DNA of 64,000 nt from the human T2T-CHM13v2.0 reference genome, Homo sapiens. The stretch is taken from NCBI RefSeq assembly GCF_009914755.1, contig NC_060926.1, one strand, 5' to 3'. Positions 1 through 14,394 of this stretch are shown here, one piece after another. A program made the position numbers and the translations under genes. A model generated the notes under the pieces. It made no database searches. It saw nothing but the letters and a program-made list of their open reading frames with translations, and was not told where the DNA came from. Position 1 is the first letter of the stretch, and every line of letters starts with the position of its first letter.

Positions 1-789
1 TTCTCTTTTTCTAAGACCTTGGTATTTCAAATGAGCTAAGGATTTCTCATTTGAAATTGTCCAGTTGGAAGTCCTCTCTGACAGTTTCCCTTACTTGTGA
101 TTCAGAAATCCATCCACAGTCTCCTTTTAAAAGTTACTTTTTGGATTTATAAAAAGTTGCATTCCACAAATGCACTTTTAACTCACCCCTCGATTTTTCT
201 GGACCATCAAAGCATTGCTCATCTGCTGAGAATCACAGGTATCGAAAACCACCTTAGACAGAAAATTCTCCCTTATGCAGGCATTTTTCTGAACCTGGAC
301 AACTGTTACTGTTTATTCACCTGGAAAATTTCCATTCATTCTTCAAGACTGAAGCAAACGATTTGATCTTTGATTCTATATGTCCAATAGATAGAGATTT
401 GTGGCAGTTTCCATGTTGTACTGGGATTGTTGCTTTACTAGTGTGTCTGTTACTTCTACTAGATTGTGAGGTCTGGTTGAAAGAACTTCTCCTTTATTGT
501 ATCTCTGCCTCCACTCTCATGGCCTGACCTGGATTTTACCATTATAGAAAACTGCTAATCACAAAGTCTGCAATCAGAAAGTCAAGAATCTTGCTTTATA
601 ATCAATGTTTCCTTTCTTTTTAGATTGGTTTTTCTGTATATGAGTTTAAATCTGTCTGATTACCTTTGGATCACAGTTTATTACTCTCTGTGGTTCTTGC
701 AATTTGGGGGCTTCATCTTTTTTAACACTTCTCTTACTTCAGATCTTCTAGTGCATAATTTCAAAAATTTAGCACAAAAGGTAAGAAAG

Positions 790-1090
790 CAGAGTGCAGT
801 GGCTCATGCCTGTAATACCAGCCCATTGGGAGGCTGCAGTGGGACGTTTCATGATTCAAGAAGTTTGAGACCAGCCTGGTCAACATTGTGAAACCTCATC
901 ATTACAGAAAAAAAAATTTACTCGGGTGTTGTGGCAAGCACCTGTAGTCCCAGCTACTGGGGAGGCTGAGGTGGGAGGATTGCTGGAGCACAGGGTGTTG
1001 AGGCTGCAGTTAGCTGGAATGCCCATTTCTGCATGCCAGCCTGGGTGACAGAGGAAGACCCTGTCTCAAAACAGACAGACAAACAAAAAA
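790..1090 (+). mobile_element. Alu element (old, AluJ/S-like)
   Basis: gtggctcatgcctgtaat...cccagctact...gcctgggtgacagag, dimeric structure with A-rich linker and tail. Confidence 0.9.
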
Positions 1091-1224
1091 GTAACAATAC
1101 AAAATATCTTACTAACGTTTGTAATGTTAATCATGTCGAAAACTATTGGATATATTTGGTTAACAATTTTTATTAAAATTAATTTCAGTTGTTTCTTATT
1201 GTTTTATAACGTAACTAGAAAATG

Positions 1225-1590
1225 TATTCCCACTATGCAGCCATAAAAAATTATTGGATCATGTCTTTTGCAGGGACAGGGAAGGAGCTGGAGGCTATTA
1301 TCTTTAGCAAACTAACACAGGAACAGAAAACCAAATAGTGCGTGTTCTCACTTAAAAGTGGGAGCTAAATGATGAGAACATATGGACACATAGAGGGGAA
1401 CAACACACGCTGGGGCCTATAGGAGGGTTGGGGGTTAGAAGACAGAGAGGATCAGGAAAAATAACTAATGGGTGCTAGGCTTGAGACCTGGTTGATAAAA
1501 TAATCTATACAACAAATCCTGATGACACAAGATTACCCATTTAACAAACCTGCACATGTATTGCTATACTTAAAATAAAGGTTTAAAAAA
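1225..1590 (+). mobile_element. L1 3' end (L1PA/PB-type)
   Basis: tatgcagccataaaaa...caaactaacacaggaacagaaaaccaaa...aacaaacctgcacatgta...aataaa, typical L1 3' UTR. Confidence 0.85.
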
Positions 1591-1891
1591 GTATTTTCTT
1601 CTCTTCCTTTACAGTTTCTCTGCAAATGCATGAATTAAAGAAAAGCAATGAATATATTTTTCATGGGATAATATTCAAGATATATAGAAACAAAACTTCT
1701 GAGATTTAATTGAAACAATGTTAAGAAGAAAATGTATAGCATTATATTCATCTGTTATTTACCAATAAAGGTCTATCCCAAAGAGCCAGATAAACAAAAG
1801 TAAATTCATGCCAAAATCTAAAACAATAAAAAAATTGTAGAATATTGATTAAAAAGCATACAGTAGATAAAATCAATGAAGTCAAAAATAG

Positions 1892-2200
<309 letters not shown>

Positions 2201-2639
2201 TAGGCTCTTCAAATAGATCAATTAAATTGATAAATTCTTAGTGAGACTCAATTAAAAAATGGAGAAGAGGAGTTCAAATAAAAAATAAATAGGCAAACAC
2301 TTAGGTCATCCACAAATTAATATGTTAATAAGAAGATTTTAAGATGACTTTTATGCTCATACACTTGATGATTTAGATGAAATGAGAAATTTCCCTGAAA
2401 AACATATCTGACAAAAACCAACAGAAGAAACCATAGACAAATCTAAGATACGATTTAGATTCTAAAAATTTACCCTATTATTTAAAAAACAAAACTTCTC
2501 CCAGCGAAAAACCTGGTGATCTTTTTCAGTGAAATATTCACAACATTTAAGAAAAAAAATCACACACTTTTAGACAAACCCTTCTAGAAAACAGAAAAAA
2601 GCAGTAATACTTCCCAACTTGTAACTTTGCTTTTCTGTT

Positions 2640-2805
2640 GTGTTTTTCTTTTACTTTTTGTAAACAGCTTCTCTCTCTGTTGCCCAAGCTGAAGTGCAAT
2701 GGCAAGATCATAGCTCACTGAAGCCCAGAACTTCTAGACTCGAGTGATCCTCCTGTCTTGGCCTCCCAAAGGGCTGTGATGACAGGCTCTAGCTGCTGTG
2801 CCAAG
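2640..2805 (-). mobile_element. Alu monomer (FLAM/AluJ fragment)
   Basis: ctctgttgcccaagctgaagtgcaatggcaagatcatagctcactg...gtgatcctcctgtcttggcctcccaaag. Confidence 0.75.
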
Positions 2806-3505
2806 CTCCAACATATAATTTTGATATTCGATCCTGATAAGTGTGTTACAAGAAATGCAAATTGCAGTACAGACACTAAAATAAATATAGGTGCAACAAT
2901 TCAAAAAAGTTAGCTAGCTAATCAAATCTTGTGAGAGATAAACTCATATCATCTCCAAGTGGAGCTTATTCTAGAAAGGTTGACTAATGTAACATCAGAA
3001 AATGAAATAAGTAATCACGACATGAACAGGATGAAATACATATCATTGTTCCTGTAAAAAGAGGAAGAAAATATTTGATACAATGAAATGGTCATTTATG
3101 ATTTTGAAAGCACTATTAAAAACACTTAAATAGCCATAAACTTTCTCTAATAAGAATATAATAACTTAGAGCCAGTACCATATTTAATGGAGAATTTGAA
3201 AGATTCTACCCAGGAATGGGAATGAGATATAAATCCTGTTATCATCACTTGTGTTCAACACCTTGCTTGATCTCCTTTTCAATGCAACTAGACAAGAAAA
3301 AGAAGTAAATAATGTGAGGGTTGAATAGAAATAAAGATATCATAATTGCATTATCAGCAAAACGTGACAGTTCAGTTAAAAAATAAATCTCTAAACCATT
3401 AGATATATTCATGAATTGAAAAACAAATTGAATCATGCATGCTTCTAAGACAATAATTAAAAGTGAGAATAAGCCAGATGCATTGGCTGACACCTATAAT
3501 CCCAG

Positions 3506-3507
<2 letters not shown>

Positions 3508-3592
<85 letters not shown>
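3508..3592. repeat. (TA)n(CA)n compound microsatellite, preceded by a short Alu head
   Basis: About 26 TA units followed by a CA run; Alu 5' fragment at ~3473-3507. Confidence 0.95.
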
Positions 3593-3593
<1 letters not shown>

Positions 3594-5974
3594 ATTACTG
3601 TGAATATACAACTACTATATTATATAAAAATATGCCTAACACACCCATACACCCCACACCCACACACAAGGCTTTGAGAAGGGCACTTTGTTCTGGGAAG
3701 GAGGCTTATGAGCAGTGAGTTTGGGAATCAAACCCAGGCAATTTAACTTCAAGACATTACTCTTAACCATGATACCATATTACTCTCAGCTGACTTTTTC
3801 ATAGTGGGTGATAATACTCAGTAGCCTCACGGCAATTCCAGGAAATGTAAGCACTCAAGAATTATTTTGAAATCTGCAGGAAATGTTGCTTGCTGTCTTC
3901 TTTATCCCTTGTTCTCTACAACTTTGCTTTTCCTCACCAAGGGTTATTTTTCTGACACATTTATGGGTGCATTCCGTTAAAGAAAGAGTTTTACTTGGTG
4001 TCAGGCACTGACAGAAGCTCTCTTTCTCCATATATGCCTGAACTTGACTGTCCTCCTTCTGTTCCAATTATTTAACCCTGAGTACCTTTTATCCTTTTAG
4101 ATGTCACAAGGATGTGACTGAGCAGTTTCAAGGGCACCAACTTTTGCTTTCTCCTCCTCCCTTAGAATCCTGCATCTGCATTGCTGGTCTCAGACAGAAC
4201 AGGCAACCCCTATTTCCCATTCTGGGATATTTTAATGATCAACTCTTCTTATGTTGTGAATTTGAAGGGCATGGACAGATCACTGGAAAGCGGACAGACA
4301 GGGACCTGTGTTCTGAGAACTGGGCCAGAAGACTGACAGAGGGGCAGAAGAATTTCAGAGTGATTCTGGCAGGCATCATGGTTCAGTAAGGGCCAGAGGA
4401 GTGGAACATATGGGCACAGTTTGAGAGGACTGAGACAAGACAGGGCCTATCTCTTTTGCAGCAGACTGTTAATAGATATTATATTTTAGTAAACAGAGGA
4501 CATTTCTCTGAGTCATCATCAAAAACTTTCACAGTCTGGAAGAATGAATAGTCACAGGACCGAGCCTCACCTTCCCTTCTGAGTATGAGAGGCTACAAGG
4601 CAGTGAGAATGGAACAGCTTTTATCTGAGGTTAAAGCCAGTGTCTCTCTCTTCAGCCCACACTTACTGGTAAGGTCCAGTGGATGACTCAGCTACAGGTT
4701 TCTGAATTTCTGGCTTTTGAGGGAAAGACTTTGTCACCTTCTATGCTGAAGGTATTCTACGTACTATGAACTCCAGTCAGTGGCTCTTAACATCAAGAAA
4801 TCTTGGGAAGTACAAGGCATTCAGAAGGCCTACATGAATAGTTTGCAGCCGCGTATAGACATCAGAAGGCGGTTCCTGACAAGGATGCCCTGACCTTTTT
4901 CATCTCACTGACGTAGAATTACTGTGTCTGTCCCTGGTCATCTTGAAGGAGATGGACCACCCCTTCCCCCCCTCTACTCCAGTGTCATGTGCATCTTCCT
5001 CAGTGATTTTGCTGTGCTGTGTTCATAATGATTGTCCAGTTGATGCCAAATCTTGAAGAAAATTTCCAAAAGAATATTTACCTGGTCAATTGTCAATTGC
5101 CCTTTTCCAGGAATCTGGAACTTGAATGGTGTTTCTATAAGGGGCTCGTTGGATCTCATGTTTTACAGGACCCCCAGTCTCTGGATATAGATCCTCAGTG
5201 TCCACTTCTTAGGAAGAGTAGGTGTAGTAGGTTATATTCCTCCCCCACTCTCTCTAAAAGAGTGCTAAAATATATATTCCATCCCACATTGTTTTTCTAT
5301 GATGTAACTTCACGACTGCTACTGCTGTGTGTGTGTTCTAGTCCCTTTACTTTGGGTAGGGTTGTGACTACAGCTGATGTTTTACTCTCTGGAATAATGG
5401 TAGTATACAATTCTCCTGACTGTATGGGAATCTTCAGTGTGGAAAGTTATCTACCATGCTGTGAGCAAGCCCAAGCGGCTACCTGGAGAGGCCGTTTGAA
5501 TATATTCTAGGTAACAACTCCAAGCAAGGAACCTCAGACATCAGCCAGGATCATCTGCTGGACTGGAAGTAGAATGTTTCCATTATTTAATCAGTGATCA
5601 TGAAAATGACCATTTGGTGGGTAGACGGACTCAATGGACTCACTATAAACAGGGTTTTCATCAGAACTGGGTTTTGTTTGTTTTGTTTTTTGCTTTGATT
5701 TAATTTAGTTAGTTTATTTTTTATTTATTTTTTTACCTGATACTAATATGTTTCCAATGTAACATGAGGTGATGGTTATGTCTGGTCTCTAGGTTGTCAA
5801 TGAGAATTCACAGTCTGTGTGAATTGGAAATATAAACACGTTTTAAAGCAGACAGTCTGCACATCTATTATTCCCTGGATGATGCTGTTTGCTTTATTAA
5901 ACAGCTGCAGAATTCAATGTGGGTTAAACCCTTTTGGTTCTTGCTCAGACATCGCTAGCAAATTCTCAGAAAAG

Positions 5975-6118
5975 CAATAGGCTGTACCATTAGCCTATGT
6001 CTGTAGATGAATATACTATCTAGGTTTTTGTAGTGTGTTCTGATGTTCACACAATGATGAAATCGCCTAACAATGCATTTCTCAGAATGTATTTTGTTGC
6101 CATAGGATGCATGACTGT
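5975..6118 (+). mobile_element. Tigger3/Golem-type DNA transposon end
   Basis: cacaatgatgaaatcgcctaacaatgcatttctcagaatgta...gatgcatgactg resembles the recalled Tigger3a terminus. Confidence 0.7.
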
Positions 6119-8871
6119 TAAATTCCTGTTCTAGCCCAAAGATTCTGTGAAAACTTCTGTGTAAAATAAATTTTTCCCCCCAAAGTGATGAGGTGTAGAA
6201 TTTACTGTATTAATAGGAGGGAACTCTCACACTTACAAGTGCATTGTACAAAACCCCGTCTGCCCATGATGTACAAAAGTTGTTCCTGAATGAGATCATT
6301 AAGTTGGAATCACACACCCACATATTTCCAGAATTCCATCCAATAAATTCACAAACACTTGAAAATCACAATACGTATTTTAGGTAATGGGCCATAAGGG
6401 ATTATTTTAATTGTAAGAAAATGTACAAAAAATTTGCTTTTTACAAATTTTCTATTTAATAGCAATAAAATGAAGTGACACTAAAGTACAAAAAAGCCTG
6501 AACAGTATGATTTCTTTGTATCAACAGTGAAGGGCTCCCTTGTATATGGAGTTCCCAAACAGTAAGTTTTCTTAATCCTGATCATCTGTGGCCAGTGTAA
6601 AAGAAAGGCCTGACAGGAAAAGTTAAGGAGCCAGCTGGGTAACTCCATATGAGGGAACTCTTGGTGACATTCAAAAAACTCACACTTCCACTTTCAAAAT
6701 CAAGAAACACACCAACCCGGCCCAGAGGTTTCTCTATATAGTGAGGAAACTCTGGGGAGGTGGTCAAGAGACTGAAATGATTATCCACCTTCAGACACAA
6801 AAGAAGAAATATGTCCTCAGAGTTAACCATTGTGCTATTCTTCCTTATCCAGGAGTCGTTACAGACTCCCAGAGCCCAGTCACAAGAGTTGTCCACATCC
6901 AGCTCCCAGTAGTGTTTCCCAAAGGAGAAGACCCTGGCTCCCCATGCAGCAAAATAGTCAGATCTGTCAGAATTCAAAGGTCCACGTCTAAACATCCAAC
7001 TTCTCACATCCTCAAAGAGCCTGATATTGTGATTGGTTACTTCACAATGGAAGGAAATTTCCACTGTAGAAAAAAGAGAATATTCCAGTGAAAAGCAGTT
7101 TACAAATTCTTATGTTCAGATAAGAAAGAGATTCTCACTAGAAAACACAGGTCAAGATTAGAAAGAAACTTCTGTCTGGAAAAATGTTGGAATCAAAGGG
7201 TGTTAGGAGATCTGCACAAGTAAATGGCTAAACTAGGATGATCACAATTTCCATAAACTCAAAAAGTATAAAGGGGAGGAAGGTCATGTCTATGTCTCGT
7301 TAGCGACCTTTCATAACAACTGAAAAACTGGAAGCTCCTGCACTGCAGCCAAGTCCATAGCAATAAAATTAACCTTCATTGTCTCTTCTCTGTCAGGGCA
7401 GAGCAGGAGGCTTTGGACAGGAGATGAGGTGGGCAGCCATTCTTAGTCCCAAATAAAAAAGTTATCACTTTCCAGAAATATTATGATCTGCCACTTAACC
7501 TAGCAAATTCATACTTAAAGAGAAAATCTGAATCTGCCTTCTGAAAAGTGCAGATTCCTTGCAAGAATTATCTGACTTTCATGCCAGATTCAGGCACAGA
7601 CTTCTTTTATTCTGCTGGATTTGTCATGATCTATCCTGGAGTTCTATCTAAGACCTCGTCAACCACCAAATCCTGTTCCTATTGTTGACAGATTCTCAGT
7701 TTTTGCATTGTTATATAAGTTACTCATGTATGCTTTAGTTGATTAAAAACATGATTAAAATTATAAATGCTATGAAACTTCACCTAAAAATGTATTTAAA
7801 AAAAACACTGTCACTCAAATCAGTCGTTAACTGCACTGAATTTGAAATTGAAATGTCCTGAATTCAGTTCTGTATACTTCATGTAATAATTGTATACATG
7901 AAATTGTATCAGAGAATGGTTCCTAAAGTCCTAAAGAGCCCTTCTGCATGTTTTATTTTTCTAAGAAATTTGTTATATGGCTGATTCCTATTACATTTCA
8001 CCAGCTTTTATTTTGTTTTGTCTGTTTGATGATAGTGAAACTATAAATACCTATTCACAGGCTATTCTCTTCTTCTAGATGAAAGATCATTACACTGGGA
8101 AAGCTGCCCATAGAAAACCATAATTGAAGGCATTGCATGGGGATCCCACCAACAGGGCCACACTCACCTCGGAAGCGGTTGAGCCTGTACACCAGTCCAG
8201 TGATGGGCCCTGCTGTGAGCTCTGGATTCACAGGCTGGGGCATGTGCAGCAGCACGGGCTCACTCCTGCAAGGAAGTAGGTTGAGTTGGTTAACTTTCTG
8301 ATGTCTGTGTTTAAGAAACAGATTACAATAGAAAATGCTTCATTCAAGCTCACTTCTGATACCGTAATGTACCTCCACAACGCTAGGTTGGGTTTGTGGC
8401 TCTTAGGGAATCTTTCTAACTATTCACTCCATTTCTAACCTACTGCCACTGAAAGATAAATGCCTCTCTCCCTATCTGCCACCAAATAGTTTATCTCTAA
8501 TTATGATTCTGAATCGCAAAAAGAGGCAACTGTATTCTAGCAACCTCTGCATTGCACTCTTCAAAACATAAACCCCTGAGTCACCTGGGAAAGTAAGAAA
8601 AGATTAATATCTGATAAAAGGCATAGGTGACATTCATCATACCACATAAACACATGAGTACACACACATACACACACAATCACACTGACACATTATGGTG
8701 TTAGTAAATTATGTTTTCACTTTGTTGGAAACAGCTTGATGTTTTTCATAGCATGCCTTGTGCTCCAGTTTGCACTGGTGGCCAAAAACATACCTTGCCA
8801 CGATGTCTCCCAAATCCTGTAGAGAGAGAGAGAGAAAAAAAAAATGACTTCTTTAGAAAGTTGTTATTCTT

Positions 8872-9170
8872 GTTGGGTGAGGTGGTTCACACCTGTAATC
8901 CCAGCACTTTGGGAGGCCAAGGTGGGTGGAACACCTGAGGTCAGGAGTTCCAGACTAGCCTGGACAACATGGCAAATCCCATTTCTACTAAAAATACACA
9001 CACACACACAAATAGTGGGGTGTGGTGGTGCATGCCTTTAGTCCCAGCTACTAGGGAGGCTGAGGCAGGAGAATTGCTTGAACCAAGGAGGCAGAAGTTG
9101 CAGTGAGCTGAGATTGGGCCACTGGACTTCTGTCTGGGTGACAGAAGAAGACTCTGTCTCAAAATAAACA
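8872..9170 (+). mobile_element. AluS in TRIM43 intron, with (CA)n in the linker
   Basis: ggtggttcacacctgtaatcccagcactttgggaggcc...gcagtgagctgagattg... Confidence 0.9.
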
Positions 9171-12100
9171 CACAAAAAAGTTGTTATTCTGCCTATCTGG
9201 TCTTCAGGTTTTGAAAACTTTAGAATTACCACATACTATCACTGCAACTATTTTAAAATGTATTCTTATCTCTAACAATTATACCAGTAAGACCTATTGA
9301 CAATATGGATTTCTGATAAATTAAGGACCCTAAATTTGAGTGAGAGAGAAAGGTGTGAGTAGTGACTGCGCATTGCTGCAGCTGTCTACAACGTGGTCTT
9401 TTTCAGGGCTAGTCCCCAAAGTGTAATGTGGCTCAAATCAAGAGCATTTCAAACCTAGGACTTCCCAAAAGGAGGAAGAAGGAAATGTCAGTTTTTCCAT
9501 AATTTCTATGTATTATCCATTGGAGTTAAAAATAGAATTTTCACATGAAATTTTTTCTTCCAGAGTTTTAATGAAATGCGCTGGAGGAGGAAGCTTGTGG
9601 TAGAAAATGTTGTATGGAAAGCTAGTTGCACAATTCCATAAAGCTTTATTTCCATTATATAGGGTAGGAGTTATAGTTTATCTCTATAACCGGTGGGAAT
9701 GACTCTCATCGTCAGTGCAGGAAACGAAGAAATAATGTCTTTGGTACCCAATGGAAGGCAAAGATGTAAAGGTCAGCTAACACAAAGTGTCTCAAGGGGC
9801 ATCCTCCGTTCTTACCTGGAGCAGCTCCACATCTGGTTTATGACACATTTCCATTAGTTCCTGATACATTTCTTTTAAGTGTTTACTCTTTTGATCCATT
9901 TTGACCCAGCTTCTCTGGAGTTGCTGAAAAATCTCTTGGTATTCCTTGTTCAGTCTCTCTAAATGTTGTTTTTCTTCCTTATGGAGAACCGGATGCAGCT
10001 TCCTATACTCATTCCTGATCATCTGTGCCCGTAAAACCACATCGCCCTGTAGGGATATGAATTTTGTAGGTTATATACCCAGGCCTACTTCCACCTCACA
10101 GAACCCACAACTTCATCCTCCTCATTCCTTCTTTTATTTTCCATCCTTTACAAACAGGATGATGAGTTAAGCAAGACCTTCCTTCAAAATTTGTGTAATT
10201 CATCAATTCCCAAACATCTGCAAAAAAGCCCTTTGGATTTAAATGTTTAAATCTATGTCCTCTCAAATCGGAAATACCATTAGAAAACAACTAAAATTTA
10301 TGATTGATTGTTCAGTTGTCATGGATAATACACATAATCTTTGTTACTCAATTAGGTTGTTGTTTCAAATCTCTGTACTTCACAGCCTGAACAATCACTC
10401 TTAGTAGAAATGTTTTTAGTATATTATAATCAGGATCAGAAGCCATCACACAAAAAAGATCTTAGTAAAAAATTTAACCCCCATCTCTCAAACCGACTAC
10501 CTCTTTTCTGTCTCCTGTCTTTCTTCTGTCAAATCCATAGACTCTGTATTGCACTGCCATTCTAAGAACATTAATCCCCATTCCATTGTGTTTCTCCTCT
10601 CAATAATGACATATTTATCCTCTCACTGCCCCAGTCATTTTTTATCCCTTCTCCTCAGCTTTTCCTCACGTTGCATTTTCTCCTACTTGGACTGGCATCA
10701 TGTGGGTCCTTTGCTATCAGATTTCACCAGCACAGGCACATTTCTTAAATTACTGTTCCCACCCGATTTCTTCCCCCTGGACAATATCATATTCACCAAT
10801 AAATGCCTTTATTTCTCAATTATATACTATTTAATCAACATTTCATAATTAATTTTATACAGAAAACTCTGTCTGAAATACTTATTAATTTTAAGCACAT
10901 ACTTGCCCTTCAGAATTTATATTTATTTTTTACTTATCTGAAAAGCATTTACAGAAAACCTGAACAATCATTATATTGAACAGTCTGGTTGTTTTCCAGC
11001 CTATGAATAAACACATGACAAAATCTGGCATATGAGAATTTCAACTCAAGTTGCTAATATAAATGTTGTCAGCATGCCTGTCTCAAGCTGGTCAGGAGGA
11101 CTCACGGTCTCATACTCACCCTCCAGAGGAAGGCTGTTCTTCTCTCCTCATATAGATTTCTCTGATTTTCTTGAATCTTTTTCCATAAAATCCTCATTTG
11201 CTTTAAGAGTTTCTCCTGCAAAAGAATTACAAGGTTGAACAACAGAAAGTCAAATACCAAAGATTCCACAATCTGAGTGGTATACACAGGCAAGGGATCT
11301 AATATATAAATACATTAGTGAGAGGAGAAAAAACCAAAATTTTTCATTGCTCATCCTTAATTGATATTTTTCAGTTTGAGGTTTCAGAATGTAGAACAGT
11401 TTAGGGAACTGAAGAATGAAGATTTCCTGTAACCCAGCTAAATTAGTTCAGGGAAACATCCTGCTTCAGAATCCACTATGCTAGCCCCTGATTTTGTAGC
11501 GTGCTACTCCCATACTCATTTGTCCAGTAATATTAAATATATTTCCAAAATACATTTCTTTGCACTGGTAGCTTTGGTAGCTTTTCAATGTCATTAGCAT
11601 TGAACTGTAGAGTCAATAATAATGACATTTACTTAATCAGTCTCTTTTTGGGTGCAAGCTCCATGAAGGAAGGTAGAGTTGCACATTTTATTCAAAATGT
11701 CATCATTGGTACCTAGAACAGCACCTGGCACTCAGTAAAGAATGGAGTAATCACCGTGATTCTCATCATCCTTCTAATCTCTTTAACTCTGCCACCCTCC
11801 AGCTTTCAGGTGATCACAGAGCTATCTCTTACCCGGTGTTCCTCAGCTGCCTCTTCGATGGGATAGTGTTTGTGAGCCCCGTGCTCCTGAGAGTTGGAGC
11901 ACAGCAAGCAGAGGAGACTCTTGTCCATGTCACAGAACATCTTCTTTGTTTGCCTATGGGTCCCACATATTTGTTTCTCAGAGCTCAGGAATTGCCAGAG
12001 ACTGGCTTTTCTGGCAATGGTCACTAAATTCTTCAGAAGAATATTGGTTTTGAAGTCCTTTTTCTGTGATGGTTCCCTGCATGCACGGCAGTTGGCAGGA

Positions 12101-13053
12101 CTTTGGGCTTCCTCCCAGGAAAGGCAGAGAGGGCCTGCAGAAGCTGTGCCCACAGCAGATGGTGACAGGGTCTACCAGGTAGTTCAAACAGATGACACAG
12201 GCGAGTTCCTTCTGGAAGGCATGTGAGAAGTCTGAGTCCATTTTCCTAAGGAAAGAAAACCACAAGAATTTAATCTTCTACCCTGGAGAGACAAAGATCC
12301 AAACAAAGTTTGAATCGGATTGTGATAGAATAATATCCTTTCTTTCTAGAGAAGTATAGGCTTTAATTTGCAATGACAGAAATAGGAAAAATAGAAAACT
12401 AAGGCACAAAGAGACATCAACCTCTAGAAAAAGTGACTGTTCTCCAATTAACACATGACCAGCTTTCCAAACTCTACTTTCTTGCATGGAAGAATGTTGG
12501 ATTTTTTGAGGTGTTAGTATCCACCAAATTGCTTGGGCTTCAAGGGTTTCATCAACCTGTAAACTCAAGGTTTGAGTCTTGAATGGTCTGAAAGTCAGTA
12601 ACACTCTTAATTGCCAGTGATTGGTTTAGAGAAGGAAAGCTAACTAAGCTCTTCTACTCTCATTATTTTATTTAACTATAACAACCATCCATAATGACTT
12701 TTCCAGAAGGACATTGCTTGAAATTGTTAGAGCAGAACTCATACTTTGACCCAAATCAGAAAAAGCTAGCCTTTACTCTCCAAGGAAAAACAGTCAAATC
12801 AAGGTAAGGTACCTCTCCAAGGTAAAGCTAAGAATCATTGTTTTTCTAGGCTGCTATGTTAATTTAATCAACAAAAACTTTCTGGCATGTTTACTGTTCC
12901 TGGACAGTCTGTTAATTTGGGGATATACTGGTTAATATTACAACATCCTTAAAAGACAGACAATTAATTAAATTTACAAAAAGATAATGATAATTGAAGC
13001 ATTATCATTACTCTTTCACACAATCAGGAAAAGAGTAAGTATCATGCAATAGA

Positions 13054-13379
<326 letters not shown>

Positions 13380-13443
13380 CTAGACAGTAAGTCAGCGTTT
13401 TAAATGTATGTTTTGCTAAAATACAAATAAAAATAAAAACCAA

Positions 13444-13925
13444 GCCAGGGAAGGTGATTCAAGCCTGTAATCCCAGCATTTTGGGAGGCCAAGTCAGGCA
13501 GGTTTTTTGAGCTCAGGAACTCTAGACTGGTGACACGGCAAAGTGTCTAGATCATCCTGTCTCTAAAAATACTTATATAAATTTAAAAAAAAAAGGCCGG
13601 GCGCGGTGGCTCAGGCCTGTAATCCCAACACTTTCAGAGGCCGAGGTGAACGGATCACAAGATCAAGAGATGGAGACCATCCTGGCCAACATAATGAAAT
13701 CCCGTCTCTACTAAAAAAAATACAAAAATTAGCTGGGCGTGGTGGTGGGCACCTATATTTCCAGCTACTCTGGAGGCCGAGGCTGAAGAATCGTTTGAAC
13801 CTGGAAGGCGGAGGTTGCAGTGAGCCAAGAGCGCCGCTGCACTCCAGCCTGGCAATAGAGCGTGATTCCATCTCAAAATAAATAAACAAACAAATAAATA
13901 AATAGCTGAACATGGTGGCCCATGT
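13444..13925 (+). mobile_element. Nested Alus (old Alu with a younger AluS inserted at 13595-13903)
   Basis: Old left arm 13444-13590, then a full Alu starting ggccgggcgcggtggctc with a (taaa)n tail, then resumption tagctgaacatggtggc. Confidence 0.85.
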
Positions 13926-14280
13926 TTAATCCATAAACCTATGGATTATGTTTAAAATAATTTTAAAAAAGAAATGGAGCCGTTTTTAAAACTCAGAAAA
14001 TGAGATCATTTCATCTAAAAATAATCTAAGCTTGCAGATAAATTAAAGTCCCCAAATTTTGTTTTGGTTTGTAACCTAATAGTAGCTCCTACTCTGGAAA
14101 TTGTGTACTTACCTCAGAAATATATCTATGTTCTCACCAAAGCTTGCTGTCGAATCAGATGAATTCAGCTCAGGGATGAGAGTCTCACAGTGCAGTGCTG
14201 GTAGCTTTCGGAAGTCCCCAAAGCCAGTTGCAAAGCTACTCTGTGGGCTCTGGAGAAGAATGAGCTTGGCTCCTGAAGTG

Positions 14281-14375
14281 TCGGTTTATAAATCTCTGAA
14301 GACCACACCCCTTTCTTCCAATTGATTGCATTTCACAGGGCGTAGGTGGGTGTTAACATAGATGATTAAGTTTCT
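14281..14375 (-). promoter_or_regulatory. TRIM43-type proximal promoter: TATA box, CACCC box, DUX-like homeodomain motifs
   Basis: TATAAA on the minus strand at 14285-14290; CCACACCC at 14303-14310; TGATTGCATTT at 14323-14333 and TGATTAAGTTT at 14363-14373 versus DUX4 consensus TGATTRRRTTA; exon-1 donor gtaagta at 14112. Confidence 0.6.
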
Positions 14376-14394
14376 TCAAAACAGAAGTTTTACG

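Noticed and set aside
5019-5510. 163-aa ORF
   Set aside because: No recognisable domain or splice structure, and the end runs into MLT-like LTR sequence; likely a chance frame.
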